Positions 19,651 to 29,662 of a DNA stretch of 64,000 nucleotides are shown piece after piece (the first letter of the stretch is position 1; the number at the start of each line of letters is the position of its first letter). The notes beneath the pieces were generated by a model that saw only the letters and a program-made list of their open reading frames with translations, ran no database searches and was not told where the DNA came from. Source of the DNA: Candidatus Obscuribacteraceae bacterium (lineage in GTDB: Bacteria > Cyanobacteriota > Vampirovibrionia > Obscuribacterales > Obscuribacteraceae); the NCBI GenBank assembly GCA_044229845.1, contig JBGASG010000002.1, positions 192,001 through 256,000 of the forward strand. The letters run 5' to 3'. Position numbers and translations under genes: made by a program.

Positions 19651-21858
19651 ATGAAATCGAAAAGATGGCTCCTTTCAGTTATCGCGGTCCTGTCTGTGGT
19701 TTCTTCCATGGCGACAATTGCCACAGCCAAAGATTCCGGCGGCAATGAAAAGCTATGGCGCACGTGCAACGAATCAGCCGCCAAAGAAGCGAAACTCGGT
19801 CATCCGGTCGAAGCGCAACGCTTATACGAAACGGCCTTGCACGAGGCAGAAAAGTTTGGTGCAGACGATCTCAGACTAGCATCGAGTCTGATGAACCTGG
19901 CAATCCTGTATCACAACAGTGGCAAGTTCAACGAAGCAGAACCGCTCTTCTCCCGCGCTTTGCCGGTCTATGAGAAGCAGAAAGGCGCCGACTCAAAACT
20001 GGCGGCCGATGCACTGGAAGCGATGGGCGCCAACTACCGAGCACTGGCCAAGTTCCCGGACGCGGAAAAGTACTTGAATCAAGCAATAACAGTGTTTACC
20101 AAGTGTTGCGGAAGTGATTCCATCGACGTTGCCAACGCAATGAATCAGTTAGGACGCACATATTTGGCGGAGAAGAAACTCTCCGACGCGGAGAATCAAT
20201 ATAAGCGCGCACTATCGATTTACGAACGCAAGTACGGCGAAAAGAGCGAGCGAAACGTGCTGATCATGCACAACCTCGCCCAATCTTATACAGAGCAGCG
20301 CAAATTTGAAGATGCCGAACAACTCTTCCGCGACGCCCTGGCGGCCAATAAAGACTCGACGGAGAATGAGCAGAAAGAAGCCTTACTGATGAGTGGTCTG
20401 GCCAGCCTCTACCGCACGCAAGGCAAATACGACGAAGCAGACAAGCTGTATCCACGCATTCTTCAAGTGGAATCAAAGATTGATGATCCGCTGAATGTCG
20501 AACGGGCGATCACATCCAGCAACTACGGACTGAATTTGTTTTACATGGGACGATACGATGAAGCAGAGGGCAAATTCAAAGAAGCGCTCGCAGTCTATGA
20601 AAAGCGAGTCGGTCTAAACCATCCCGGCACCAACTTGATCAGAGACAATCTTGTCGCACTGTACAATCGGACAAAACGATACCCCGAGGCGGAAACGCTA
20701 TTGGTGCAGATGCTAGGCAGCACCGAACAACGCTATGGTGCTGTGCACACGCAGGTAGGCACCGTACTGGTGGCACTGGCAAATGTTTATGAAAAGCAGG
20801 ATAAGTTCGCAGAAGCGAAGTCAACGTACGAGCGCTTGCTAAAGCTTGACGAACAACTCTCAGGCGCGAAGAGCCCACGCGTTGCAGCCGACTTGAAAAA
20901 TCTCGCCCGCATGAATGAGAAACTCTCCGATGCAGCCAGCGCAGCGTCGATGAGTCAACGCGCTCAATCCATCGAGCAACAGTTGCCCGGTGCATCCCGC
21001 GTGAGCGCGCTTTCGGATCTCTCAGCCGGCAACGCCGCCGCCGCGCGAGCCGAGAAGGCACCAATCAAAGATAAGTGGGCGGTAGTGATCGGCATCAGCA
21101 ATTTCAAGGAATCCGCCCTCAACCTGAAATATGCAGCCAAGGATGCCACCGACTTTAGAAACTTCCTTGTCGGTTCGGCGAACTTCAAACCTGATCATGT
21201 GAAACTGCTGACAGACGGCGCGGCGACACGAGACAACATCGTGCGACAACTGGGCACCAAATGGCTCGGACGCCTGGCTAACTCAGGCGACCTGGTGGTG
21301 ATATTCATATCCAGTCACGGCACCACAGTTAAAGAAGGTGTGGGGGCCAACTTTCTGGTGGCATCGGATACAGACACCACCGGGCTAATTGGTACCGGCA
21401 TTCCAATGCAATGGCTGAGCCAGATCATAAAAGAACAGGTGCACTCAGATCGCGTGGTGCTTATCCTCGATGTGTGCCACTCCGGGTCTGCTTCATCGGG
21501 CGGGCAGAAGGGACTGACGCGTTCGAACACATTCAATGTGGAAAACGTGAAGCTGGGAAGCGGGCAAGCAATACTTTGTTCGAGCCTCGCAGATCAGGTC
21601 TCGTGGGAGTCAAAGAATTACGAGAACAGCGTGTTCACTCGCAAACTGATCGACGCGCTGACAAAACACGGCGATCGCCTCGGACTGACACAAGCGTACG
21701 ACTATTTGAAGAGCGATGTAGAGTCGGAGGTGCTGCGCGACCGCGGCGAGTTGCAGACGCCGGCGTTGAACATGAAAGCCTGGGACGGCGCCGATCCAGT
21801 GCTTTCGGTGATGCCGAGCAGCCCACGCCCCGGCATGCAAGAAGCCGACGGCCGGTAA
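19651..21858 (+). CDS. Secreted TPR + caspase-family (C14) peptidase
   Basis: Signal peptide, kinesin-light-chain-type TPRs, KWAVVIGIS, SSHG, LDVCHSG. Confidence 0.9.
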   Translation: MKSKRWLLSVIAVLSVVSSMATIATAKDSGGNEKLWRTCNESAAKEAKLGHPVEAQRLYETALHEAEKFGADDLRLASSLMNLAILYHNSGKFNEAEPLFSRALPVYEKQKGADSKLAADALEAMGANYRALAKFPDAEKYLNQAITVFTKCCGSDSIDVANAMNQLGRTYLAEKKLSDAENQYKRALSIYERKYGEKSERNVLIMHNLAQSYTEQRKFEDAEQLFRDALAANKDSTENEQKEALLMSGLASLYRTQGKYDEADKLYPRILQVESKIDDPLNVERAITSSNYGLNLFYMGRYDEAEGKFKEALAVYEKRVGLNHPGTNLIRDNLVALYNRTKRYPEAETLLVQMLGSTEQRYGAVHTQVGTVLVALANVYEKQDKFAEAKSTYERLLKLDEQLSGAKSPRVAADLKNLARMNEKLSDAASAASMSQRAQSIEQQLPGASRVSALSDLSAGNAAAARAEKAPIKDKWAVVIGISNFKESALNLKYAAKDATDFRNFLVGSANFKPDHVKLLTDGAATRDNIVRQLGTKWLGRLANSGDLVVIFISSHGTTVKEGVGANFLVASDTDTTGLIGTGIPMQWLSQIIKEQVHSDRVVLILDVCHSGSASSGGQKGLTRSNTFNVENVKLGSGQAILCSSLADQVSWESKNYENSVFTRKLIDALTKHGDRLGLTQAYDYLKSDVESEVLRDRGELQTPALNMKAWDGADPVLSVMPSSPRPGMQEADGR

Positions 21859-21916
21859 TTTCAAAGTAAGCGTTCGTTCGTAATTTCCGCAACGGGTTTT
21901 ACAAAGACTCCACACT

Positions 21917-22933
21917 TTGTCCACAACGGGCTCGTATTCTGCCTGCAGATTCCGCATACAAACGCGCTGCAGCTCTATCTTCTGCAGCGCTCTAACGGGG
22001 ACAGAAGATATGCCATCAGGGACCCATCCCGTGTCAGACATTTGGAAGATCACCGAAGAGAAGATCGTAGCAATGCTGAGCGACTCTCCTCGACGGCTCA
22101 GACTCTGCGATATCAGTGCCAAGTTCAAAGAGTGGCCGTCGCCATTGCGGCGAAGGGGAGACAGCCACACCCTGCGATTTCCTTTCTACAACACGTACAT
22201 CCCCGCATTGTCTAATTGGCGCCGATATCTGAAGGATCGTGGATGGCGCATGTGGAATCAGGAAGAGTTTTTCGAAAACAATCGGCATCACATCGACCTT
22301 AAAAATGCATCCCCTGAAGACTTGCAGCTTATTCAGGTATGGCTAACGATGATCAGTACTAAGTTATGCATCAAAGATTGCTTAGCATGCACCATCGCGC
22401 TCGACTACACCAATATGGAGGGAGATCCTGCCAAAGCCCCAACAGAAGTTTCAATACTGCGCACCAGAGCAAAATTGTACGGGCCCCAAGACGAGCCCGG
22501 CGACGACACAATTGAAGCGGCGAACGATCTAGCGAAACTATGTATCGATCTCATCGCTACATCTCACGCGTTCTACGGGATAGATTCGGTTGTAGCTGTC
22601 CCACGCTCAGATCCACGCAAGAAATACAGTCTTCCTGCCCACATCGCAGGTATGGTTGCTCACAACTTCGGGATTGACGACCTCACATTCGCCGTTGCAC
22701 CGCTGCAAAAGAGAAGGGAGACAAAAGATACCCCCGTAAAAGACAGATTGGCAAACCTGAAGGGAACCATGGCGGTGGACCCAGCGGCTGTATCCGGAAG
22801 AAGAATCTTGTTAATTGACGACTTGTATCACACCGGAGTTACACTAAACTATGTGGCAATGCTTCTCCAAGAAGCTGGCGCGACGACGATATATGGACTA
22901 TGCTGCGAAAAGACTTGTAGAAACAAGGACTAG
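21917..22933 (+). CDS. ComF-like phosphoribosyltransferase (ShosT-like)
   Basis: VVAVP, RLANL, ILLIDDLYHTGVTL PRPP-binding loop; start may be ATG 22010 or later. Confidence 0.8.
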   Translation: MSTTGSYSACRFRIQTRCSSIFCSALTGTEDMPSGTHPVSDIWKITEEKIVAMLSDSPRRLRLCDISAKFKEWPSPLRRRGDSHTLRFPFYNTYIPALSNWRRYLKDRGWRMWNQEEFFENNRHHIDLKNASPEDLQLIQVWLTMISTKLCIKDCLACTIALDYTNMEGDPAKAPTEVSILRTRAKLYGPQDEPGDDTIEAANDLAKLCIDLIATSHAFYGIDSVVAVPRSDPRKKYSLPAHIAGMVAHNFGIDDLTFAVAPLQKRRETKDTPVKDRLANLKGTMAVDPAAVSGRRILLIDDLYHTGVTLNYVAMLLQEAGATTIYGLCCEKTCRNKD

Positions 22934-22965
22934 GAGTCAAAATCACTAGCCACACAACACTGATA

Positions 22966-23874
22966 ATGGCTCTCTCGCTCGTCCGCGGAGTCGGACCGGC
23001 TAAGATTGGAACGATTTTACAAAGAGCAAAAGAGAGTCATTGCTCACTGGACGAGTTCCTGAGCGCCCAGTCGTCGCAAGGCTTCTTGACTGCGACACAG
23101 GCTGAGCAGCTGACTGCCAATGTCTCAACAGCTGAACAGCTGATGGAACAGCTAGGCGCCGAAGGAATTCAAACCACGTGCCTCGCGACTGAGCAGTACC
23201 CGAAGTCATTGGAAATCGCGCTAGGCATCAAAGCACCCCCGATCCTGTATTGGAAAGGAAATGCGAAACTGTTCGACACCCTCGGCATTGCAATCTGCGG
23301 ATCACGTCAGGCGTCACCGCGAGGGCTTGCGACCACGATAGACGTCGTCTCGCAGTTGTCTGCCGCCGCCTTCAATATATTATCTGGTCACGCAACCGGA
23401 ATTGACACCACAGCGCATGTCACCGCGCTTAAAGGCGGAGGGACCACCACGTTGGTGTTACCGGAGGGATTAACTCATTTCCGAATCCGCGATGAACTCA
23501 TGTCCGTATGGGATTGGGATCGCGTGCTTGTGATTAGTCAGTTCGCTCCATCGTCACCCTGGTCGATTGCCAACGCTATGTTCCGCAATTCGACGCTATG
23601 TGGATTGGCTCAGGCAACTGTTGTGATCGAATCGAAGAGCACCGGCGGCAGTATCGCAGCCGGACAAGTGTGTCTGGACATGAAGAAACCACTGTTCACC
23701 CCTATCTACGGAGATTCATTCGACTCAGATGGTGGGAATCAACTGCTAATCGCGGCCGGAGCAGCTCCCCTAGCTACGAGCAATCCCACCGAGCGGATGT
23801 CTATAACTCCTGTCGTCAATGCCACTGCGACCACACCGCAGCATGTAGCTATTGAACAGCTATCACTGTTTTAA
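22966..23874 (+). CDS. dprA: DprA/Smf-family protein (ShosA-like)
   Basis: YPKSL, PPILYWKGN, AICGSR, SGHATGID, MFRN, VIES. Confidence 0.85.
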   Translation: MALSLVRGVGPAKIGTILQRAKESHCSLDEFLSAQSSQGFLTATQAEQLTANVSTAEQLMEQLGAEGIQTTCLATEQYPKSLEIALGIKAPPILYWKGNAKLFDTLGIAICGSRQASPRGLATTIDVVSQLSAAAFNILSGHATGIDTTAHVTALKGGGTTTLVLPEGLTHFRIRDELMSVWDWDRVLVISQFAPSSPWSIANAMFRNSTLCGLAQATVVIESKSTGGSIAAGQVCLDMKKPLFTPIYGDSFDSDGGNQLLIAAGAAPLATSNPTERMSITPVVNATATTPQHVAIEQLSLF

Positions 23875-23889
23875 AGAGCTTGGATCGAT

Positions 23890-24951
23890 GTGACAAACCA
23901 ACTGCTTGAGAAACTAGGAATAGAGGTGCCCATTATTCAGGCACCGATGGCTGGCGTGTCCACACCAGAGATGGCGGCTGCGGTGTCCAATGCCGGCGCG
24001 CTGGGTTCAATCGGTGTGGGCGCAACCAACGCCGACGGTGCACGTTCAATGATCCGTGCCACGCAACAGCTCACCGAGAAACCGTTCAACGTCAATCTGT
24101 TCTGCCACCAACCCGCTGTGCAACATGCTGAGCGCGAAACGCAGTGGATTGAAAGGCTGCGCCCGACCTTTGAAAAGTTCGGCGCCAGCCCTCCGCCGAA
24201 ACTCGAAGAAATCTACAAGAGTTTCGTCGAAGACGTCGCAATGCTGGAAGTCTTGCTGGAGATGCAGCCGCACGTCGTCAGCTTTCACTTCGGACTGCCA
24301 CCGGAAGACTTCATAGCGAAATTGCGTGGCGCCGGCATTGTATTGCTCGCTACCGCCACCGATGTGCACGAGGCAAAACAACTCGAGGCTGCAGGCATTG
24401 ACGGCATCGTCGCTCAGGGATATGAAGCCGGAGGTCATCGCGGCATCTTTAATCAGGAGAAACTCGACGAGTGCATGGGCACGCTTCCTCTGACGCAACT
24501 GCTCACGGAAGAGACCAAGGTCCCGATCATCGCCGCCGGTGGCATCATGGATGGTGCCGGGATTAAAGCGGCGCTGCGTGCCGGTGCCAGCGCCGCGCAA
24601 CTCGGGACAGCATTCATCGACTGCCCCGAATCCAGCGCGGATAAGTTTTACCGTGAGCGGTTGCACTCGGATGCGGCTCATCACACGATTATGACCAGCG
24701 TGATCTCAGGGAGACCAGCTCGCTGCCTGCAAAATCTATTCAGTCAGTTCGGCGAGCAGATTGAACCGCATATGGTGCCTGAGTATCCACGCGCTTATCA
24801 TGCAGGCAAAGAACTGAACGCGGCGGCGAAGCAAGCCGGCGAAGGCGGATATGGCGCTCAATGGGCAGGAGAGGGGGCACCATTTGCACGCAGCCTGCCA
24901 GCCGCCGAACTGATTGCCCACCTGAAGTTAGAGATGGAACGCGCCGGTTAG
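23890..24951 (+). CDS. Nitronate monooxygenase family protein
   Basis: PIIQAPMAG, SFHFG, QGYEAGGHRG, AAGGIMDG, QLGTAF. Confidence 0.95.
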   Translation: MTNQLLEKLGIEVPIIQAPMAGVSTPEMAAAVSNAGALGSIGVGATNADGARSMIRATQQLTEKPFNVNLFCHQPAVQHAERETQWIERLRPTFEKFGASPPPKLEEIYKSFVEDVAMLEVLLEMQPHVVSFHFGLPPEDFIAKLRGAGIVLLATATDVHEAKQLEAAGIDGIVAQGYEAGGHRGIFNQEKLDECMGTLPLTQLLTEETKVPIIAAGGIMDGAGIKAALRAGASAAQLGTAFIDCPESSADKFYRERLHSDAAHHTIMTSVISGRPARCLQNLFSQFGEQIEPHMVPEYPRAYHAGKELNAAAKQAGEGGYGAQWAGEGAPFARSLPAAELIAHLKLEMERAG

Positions 24952-25916
24952 AAACGGCGACCGTATTCCCATTCACCTATCGGCGAACGCATTTCCATCT
25001 GCCCCTTCTTGACGGAACCGGTCCAGTCGTCTTCCTCAAAGCCAATCACCTGCACGACATTCTGTCCCAGATCTATCCATGAACCACTGGTGCGTTTGCC
25101 GGCAAACTGTTTGAACCAGGTGCCACCAGGATTGATGACGAGCACGTCGGCATCAACCGGAAAGTTGTACTCCAGGCTGTATTCTGTGCGACCGTCGCCC
25201 AAATTGCGCTCACTGCCGAGCACTTTGCTCCAGGAGCCGCCAGCTTTTAAGTTCCAGCGTCCGATGAACGTTTCATCACCAGGTGGCGCAACGCAAACAA
25301 CAGATTTTTGTCCGCTGCGGTTGAGCAGATAGTTGGTTTGTCCGGGAACGCCAAGAGGCTTCCCATTGGGAAACAACCCTTTGCCCAGAGCTGCCGCCAC
25401 CGCGTTAGCGGGCATTCGCCCCGCTGCCCCAAAACGCGGGACTGCCGCACCGGTTGTCGGCGCCGCGGCTTGTGCCACCGCTCTCGGTGCCGCATGTTGC
25501 ACAGGCGCAGCTTGTGGAACCGCTTGAGGAGCTGCAGCAGGCGTCTGCGCGACTGGTGCTTGCTGCCCGTGTCTCTGCGCCATAATGGCGTCGGCTGCGG
25601 CATCAGCCTCGGGACCCTTGTAATTATTCTCAGCGGGCGTCTTGGGAACCATCCGCGGGCTACCGTCGGTCGGACGCAGTAACCCGACCCGCGCATTTAT
25701 CTCGCCGTAGCCATCGATTTTGACCAGGTAACGCTCAACCGCTGCCGGTCCGTAGTCGCAAGTTATGACACAGGGCACCCAGCCACCACCATACCCCAGG
25801 TAGTCATCGCGGAACTCCATACGCTGCCCGACGGCATAGTCGGCTGACGCCGGTGCGATGCTGAATGCCGCACCGAATACCAGACCTAAAAGAAAGCGCG
25901 CCTGTCTGCACACCAT
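24948..25916 (-). CDS. Secreted hypothetical protein (Tudor-like N-terminus, Ala/Pro linker)
   Basis: Signal peptide, YAVGQRMEF...W, low-complexity linker, beta-rich C-terminus. Confidence 0.65.
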   Translation of the reverse strand: MVCRQARFLLGLVFGAAFSIAPASADYAVGQRMEFRDDYLGYGGGWVPCVITCDYGPAAVERYLVKIDGYGEINARVGLLRPTDGSPRMVPKTPAENNYKGPEADAAADAIMAQRHGQQAPVAQTPAAAPQAVPQAAPVQHAAPRAVAQAAAPTTGAAVPRFGAAGRMPANAVAAALGKGLFPNGKPLGVPGQTNYLLNRSGQKSVVCVAPPGDETFIGRWNLKAGGSWSKVLGSERNLGDGRTEYSLEYNFPVDADVLVINPGGTWFKQFAGKRTSGSWIDLGQNVVQVIGFEEDDWTGSVKKGQMEMRSPIGEWEYGRRF

Positions 25917-26001
25917 AGGATGACTCTCCGTGTCTACAAATCCCATTAGTCCACAGACAGGGCGCAATTTCTACAGTCTATCGGCTGAGTCCGTTCGCAG
26001 C

Positions 26002-26565
26002 TTAGAGACGCCAGTAGATGCCTCTGGCTCGCTCCAGCAGTCTCGCACCGATAAGTTCGCGACGCAGTGTCGCAAAGTCAGGATGATGGCGCCCGATGAT
26101 CGCATTCACCTCTTTCTCTGAATACTCGCGTCCGACTTCGAAAAACTTGGTCAGCCACCGCAGGATAACGCTGCGTTTCTTCCGGCTGGCCGGAATCTCT
26201 TTAAGTCGTTCACCTTCGAGGAAGTCCCGCAAAATCTTCTGGTCGTACGCGTCTTCACTGACTGCTCGACCGATGTCGGTGACGGTTTCCAATGCCAGCA
26301 CGCGCTTGGACAAACCGCGCATGGCTTCGATGTTCAGTGTATAAAAGTGCGTCGTGCCTTCCGAACGCATCGAGACCAGGTTGATCTCCTTGAGTTTGGT
26401 CAGGTGATGCGACACTGTCGGCGCCCGCAAATTTAGCAGGCGGGCCAGTTCGTCCACACTGCGTTCTGATGCCGACAGGGCACCGACGATCTTGAGCCGA
26501 CTTTCATCGGATAAGGCTTTGAAAAATGAAAGGACTTCAGAGAAGTCCGGCGTTGAGACAGACAT
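26002..26565 (-). CDS. ArsR/SmtB regulator fused to DUF2087
   Basis: FKALSDESRLKI, TVSHHL; C-terminal YSEKEVN...DFATLRRELI. Confidence 0.9.
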   Translation of the reverse strand: MSVSTPDFSEVLSFFKALSDESRLKIVGALSASERSVDELARLLNLRAPTVSHHLTKLKEINLVSMRSEGTTHFYTLNIEAMRGLSKRVLALETVTDIGRAVSEDAYDQKILRDFLEGERLKEIPASRKKRSVILRWLTKFFEVGREYSEKEVNAIIGRHHPDFATLRRELIGARLLERARGIYWRL

Positions 26566-26584
26566 GATCCTAATGTAAACCCGT

Positions 26585-26661
26585 TAATTCGATGGACATC
26601 TAATTAGATGTATATCAAATTAGCGTGGCGCACGCAACCTTATTCGACGAATATCTAATTA
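26585..26661. promoter_or_regulatory. Three 22-bp palindromic operator sites upstream of the ArsR gene
   Basis: TAATTCGATGGACATCTAATTA (26585), TAATTAGATGTATATCAAATTA (26601), TTATTCGACGAATATCTAATTA (26640). Confidence 0.7.
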
Positions 26662-27419
26662 CGCCTTGGTATTGTGGCAAGCAACCGCCGCAACGGATCG
26701 GTCGGAATTGCCGTAGTAATGGTTAGATGGTTTCCGGCAAATACAACACCCACCACTTCACCGCGATCGTTGAACAGGGCGCTGCCTGAATTGCCATGTT
26801 CGGTGTGCCCGTTAACTATCACGGAAGTCCGATTGTCCGGCGGTCCAAGTGGAACGCCATTGTCCGACGGCAGTCCAATGGTGCGCACAGTCGCCGGAGA
26901 GATAAATTGATAGCGCGAGCCATTCGGATGCCCGACAGCCGCGACTCGATCTCCGGCATTCGGTTGCTGCCCACTGATAGGAGCCGGGCGGCAAACCAAT
27001 CCATCGCCTGAGGGAACGCGCAGAATAGCCAGGTCATTCGCAGGATCGGCAGCAGCCACGGTGGCAGGGTGGATACCATTGTCATTGGTGCGCACCGCAA
27101 TCGAAGACAGACTGCTTGCCACATGGTTGTTGGTGGCAATCAGACAGTCATTGCCGTCGCGTCCAACCATAAAGCCGCTGCCATTGGGCCAAGACTGACT
27201 GTCTCCTAACATCCAGCGAAGAAACGACGGCAAGGTCGACAGTTGATCGACCCGCACCACAGAGGGGCTTACCGACCGCATCAACGCCAATGGGTCGAGG
27301 TCGGCATTGGGCGGAACATTGCCATAGTTGGTGCGGTCGCAAGCTTGCGGCGCTTCACCGGCTCTTAGAGTTGGAACTTCACCCGGGTTCGGTGCCCGGC
27401 AACTTTCATCCCACGCCAT
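26655..27419 (-). CDS. Trypsin-like (S1C) serine protease, no PDZ
   Basis: GSGF, TNNHV, DLA, GNSGS catalytic triad motifs. Confidence 0.9.
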   Translation of the reverse strand: MAWDESCRAPNPGEVPTLRAGEAPQACDRTNYGNVPPNADLDPLALMRSVSPSVVRVDQLSTLPSFLRWMLGDSQSWPNGSGFMVGRDGNDCLIATNNHVASSLSSIAVRTNDNGIHPATVAAADPANDLAILRVPSGDGLVCRPAPISGQQPNAGDRVAAVGHPNGSRYQFISPATVRTIGLPSDNGVPLGPPDNRTSVIVNGHTEHGNSGSALFNDRGEVVGVVFAGNHLTITTAIPTDPLRRLLATIPRRN

Positions 27420-27725
27420 AGTAATGGTAAACCTCTCAAATAACGAGGATAAGCAATCGCCAAAGCGGCGCGAACAGACCGCCTGGGTCAACTTGGTTGG
27501 TAACTGGTGTGGGATGGCCAGTCAGCCAACTTCTAATTATGCGGCGACCAGCGTGCAAATTCTGTGACAGGCGCTACGCCGGGAGGCGCACTTCGAAAGT
27601 GGCGGGATCGGCAACCACGCCGAAAAGAGACAGACTCTTAACTGTCGGTCGGCTCCTGTATCACGTCGCCAAATTGCCTAGAATCGGTTCACTCGCTCGG
27701 AAACCAAACCCAGAGGACGCAACCT

Positions 27726-28319
27726 ATGAAAAAGGCTGATAATTCCCATACCCCTTCGTTGATCTCCACGGCGTTTTCGCTGCTTCGCAAGTCCGGTCTG
27801 AAGAACGGACTGAAGGTCGCCGGCGGCAGCGTCGGAATCATTGCCGTTTCCGCTGCGGCGCTTCCGGTCTTCGGTGCAATGATGATCATTGGACTGGGCA
27901 TTGGTTGCGTGGTCGTCATCGGTTCTGCCATTCATGCTTACACTTTGCTGCGCAAGCACGGCGTCGTGCAACCAGTCGAAGTGATCATCGAGAAGGGCGC
28001 AAAATCCGCTGCGCAGGAGAGCGCGCCGGGCAATGCGAAAGAGAGCGCACACGCCGACTATGTGCTCTGGGACTGCAGAGGACTGGTGCCGGTTTTCGTC
28101 AAAGAACCGACATCGGAGCAAGTGGTCTCGTTCGATGCATCCGGTGCATCCGGCGGCAACGACATCTTCAGTGTCGTCAACAACACCCGCGCCACAGTCG
28201 AAGCAGACGTGAGCGATATGTTGGCGGTCCGCATCAGAATTCTTTCCGGCGACGCACAAGGTCGCACCGGCTGGGTGAGCCGCGGCTCGTTGTTGCCTGC
28301 TGCGAAAGCCGCCGCTTGA
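27726..28319 (+). CDS. Hypothetical membrane protein
   Basis: GAGG RBS, hydrophobic N-terminal segment, GWV SH3-like end. Confidence 0.6.
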   Translation: MKKADNSHTPSLISTAFSLLRKSGLKNGLKVAGGSVGIIAVSAAALPVFGAMMIIGLGIGCVVVIGSAIHAYTLLRKHGVVQPVEVIIEKGAKSAAQESAPGNAKESAHADYVLWDCRGLVPVFVKEPTSEQVVSFDASGASGGNDIFSVVNNTRATVEADVSDMLAVRIRILSGDAQGRTGWVSRGSLLPAAKAAA

Positions 28320-28391
28320 GCGCGTTTCTAATCGAACATGCTGTCCATTCCTGTCCCGCCCGCGCTAAAATGTCGATTCTCGTCGATAAGG

Positions 28392-29582
28392 ATGCAAAGT
28401 ATGACCAAGCACTCGTTGCCCATCGTTACGCTACGGGATGTTGTCTCATTGCCAGGCTCGGTATTACCGTTATTTATTTCCAGAGCGCGTTCCCTAGCCG
28501 CCCTCGATGCGGCACTGGACACCGACGATCGCACGATCATTCTCTGCACTCAAAAAGATCCCGACATCGACGATCCTGTCTACACCGACATGTATGAAAC
28601 CGGCACTGTGGCTGAGATCTACCAGTTGCTCAAATTTCCGGACGGCTCCGGAAAAGTGCTTTTGGAGTCGCTGTATCGCATCCGCCTTGAGTCCATGGAA
28701 GCACAGGAATATCTCACCGGTGAGTACAGCCAATTGCAGGATGTGCAGTCGGAAAACACCGATGCCGGCTTCGCAAAACTGGTCGACGCCTATCAACGCT
28801 GGGCGCGCTTCGCCGAAACACCTCGCTACATATGGATACGCTTTCCGGCTGATTACGAGAACCGATCGCTGGCGACCGATCGCATGGCCGCGCACCTGCC
28901 CATGGCTGTCGAGGACAAAATTGCCTGCTTGAGCGAGACTTCGGTGGCGAAACGCATCGACGTGGTGCTCGGGTGGACAGAGCAACTGCACGCAGAGCAT
29001 AGCGATGAACTGGCGGAATTTGAAGAACTCTGGGAAGAAACGCCACGGTTGAGCGAGACTGAGCTCACTGAGCCCGAGAAGACACGCATAGAGAGTTTGG
29101 CTTCGCTGTTTCCGGAAGTGTCCGGCGGAGTCATCGCATACTCAGCTAAGCCCGAAAAAATGAAGTCTTTAGAGCCGCAGTTGACCTACCATCGCATCTC
29201 CAGCCAGGACGCATCTCTGTATTTAACGAGCGCATTGTCGGACAGTAGCGGTTGCGAGGTGGCGCTACTCACAAAGGGCGAGCCGCTCGATTGGCCCTTC
29301 ACGATCATGCACCAGTTGGTGCAGTCGATGGTGTTGAAGCGGTTCGACGTCCTGAAGTATTCTGCCGAAGATGGCTTTACGGTCGTATTCCTGGAATTGC
29401 CGGGAACGGGAGTTTATCACTTCCTGCTTGCGCAACTGTCGCACGGCGAGACTCCGGTTGTTCTGGCAATAGCGTTGCACGAAGACGAGGCCGATGCCGC
29501 AGATCCGGAAGAACTACTGAACATCATTAAGGAAGCACTGGGTGGACGCTTTAGCGCTCTCGATCGTCAGTATCTGGGTTAA
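28392..29582 (+). CDS. LON substrate-binding domain fused to SUFU-like C-terminal domain
   Basis: LPIVTLRDVVSLPG...LPLFISRARS...GTVAEI...PDG; no AAA+ or protease domain. Confidence 0.75.
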   Translation: MQSMTKHSLPIVTLRDVVSLPGSVLPLFISRARSLAALDAALDTDDRTIILCTQKDPDIDDPVYTDMYETGTVAEIYQLLKFPDGSGKVLLESLYRIRLESMEAQEYLTGEYSQLQDVQSENTDAGFAKLVDAYQRWARFAETPRYIWIRFPADYENRSLATDRMAAHLPMAVEDKIACLSETSVAKRIDVVLGWTEQLHAEHSDELAEFEELWEETPRLSETELTEPEKTRIESLASLFPEVSGGVIAYSAKPEKMKSLEPQLTYHRISSQDASLYLTSALSDSSGCEVALLTKGEPLDWPFTIMHQLVQSMVLKRFDVLKYSAEDGFTVVFLELPGTGVYHFLLAQLSHGETPVVLAIALHEDEADAADPEELLNIIKEALGGRFSALDRQYLG

Positions 29583-29662
29583 TCAAGAACACCTGCGAGG
29601 TTCCATGTCCAAAGTTCGAGTGACCTGGATATAGTCGGGTGGATGAAGCGATTTTGTTAACG

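Noticed and set aside
29628..29637. Group I intron S-like motif GATATAGTC (also near 57043)
   Set aside because: No P, Q or R elements in order and no interrupted host gene
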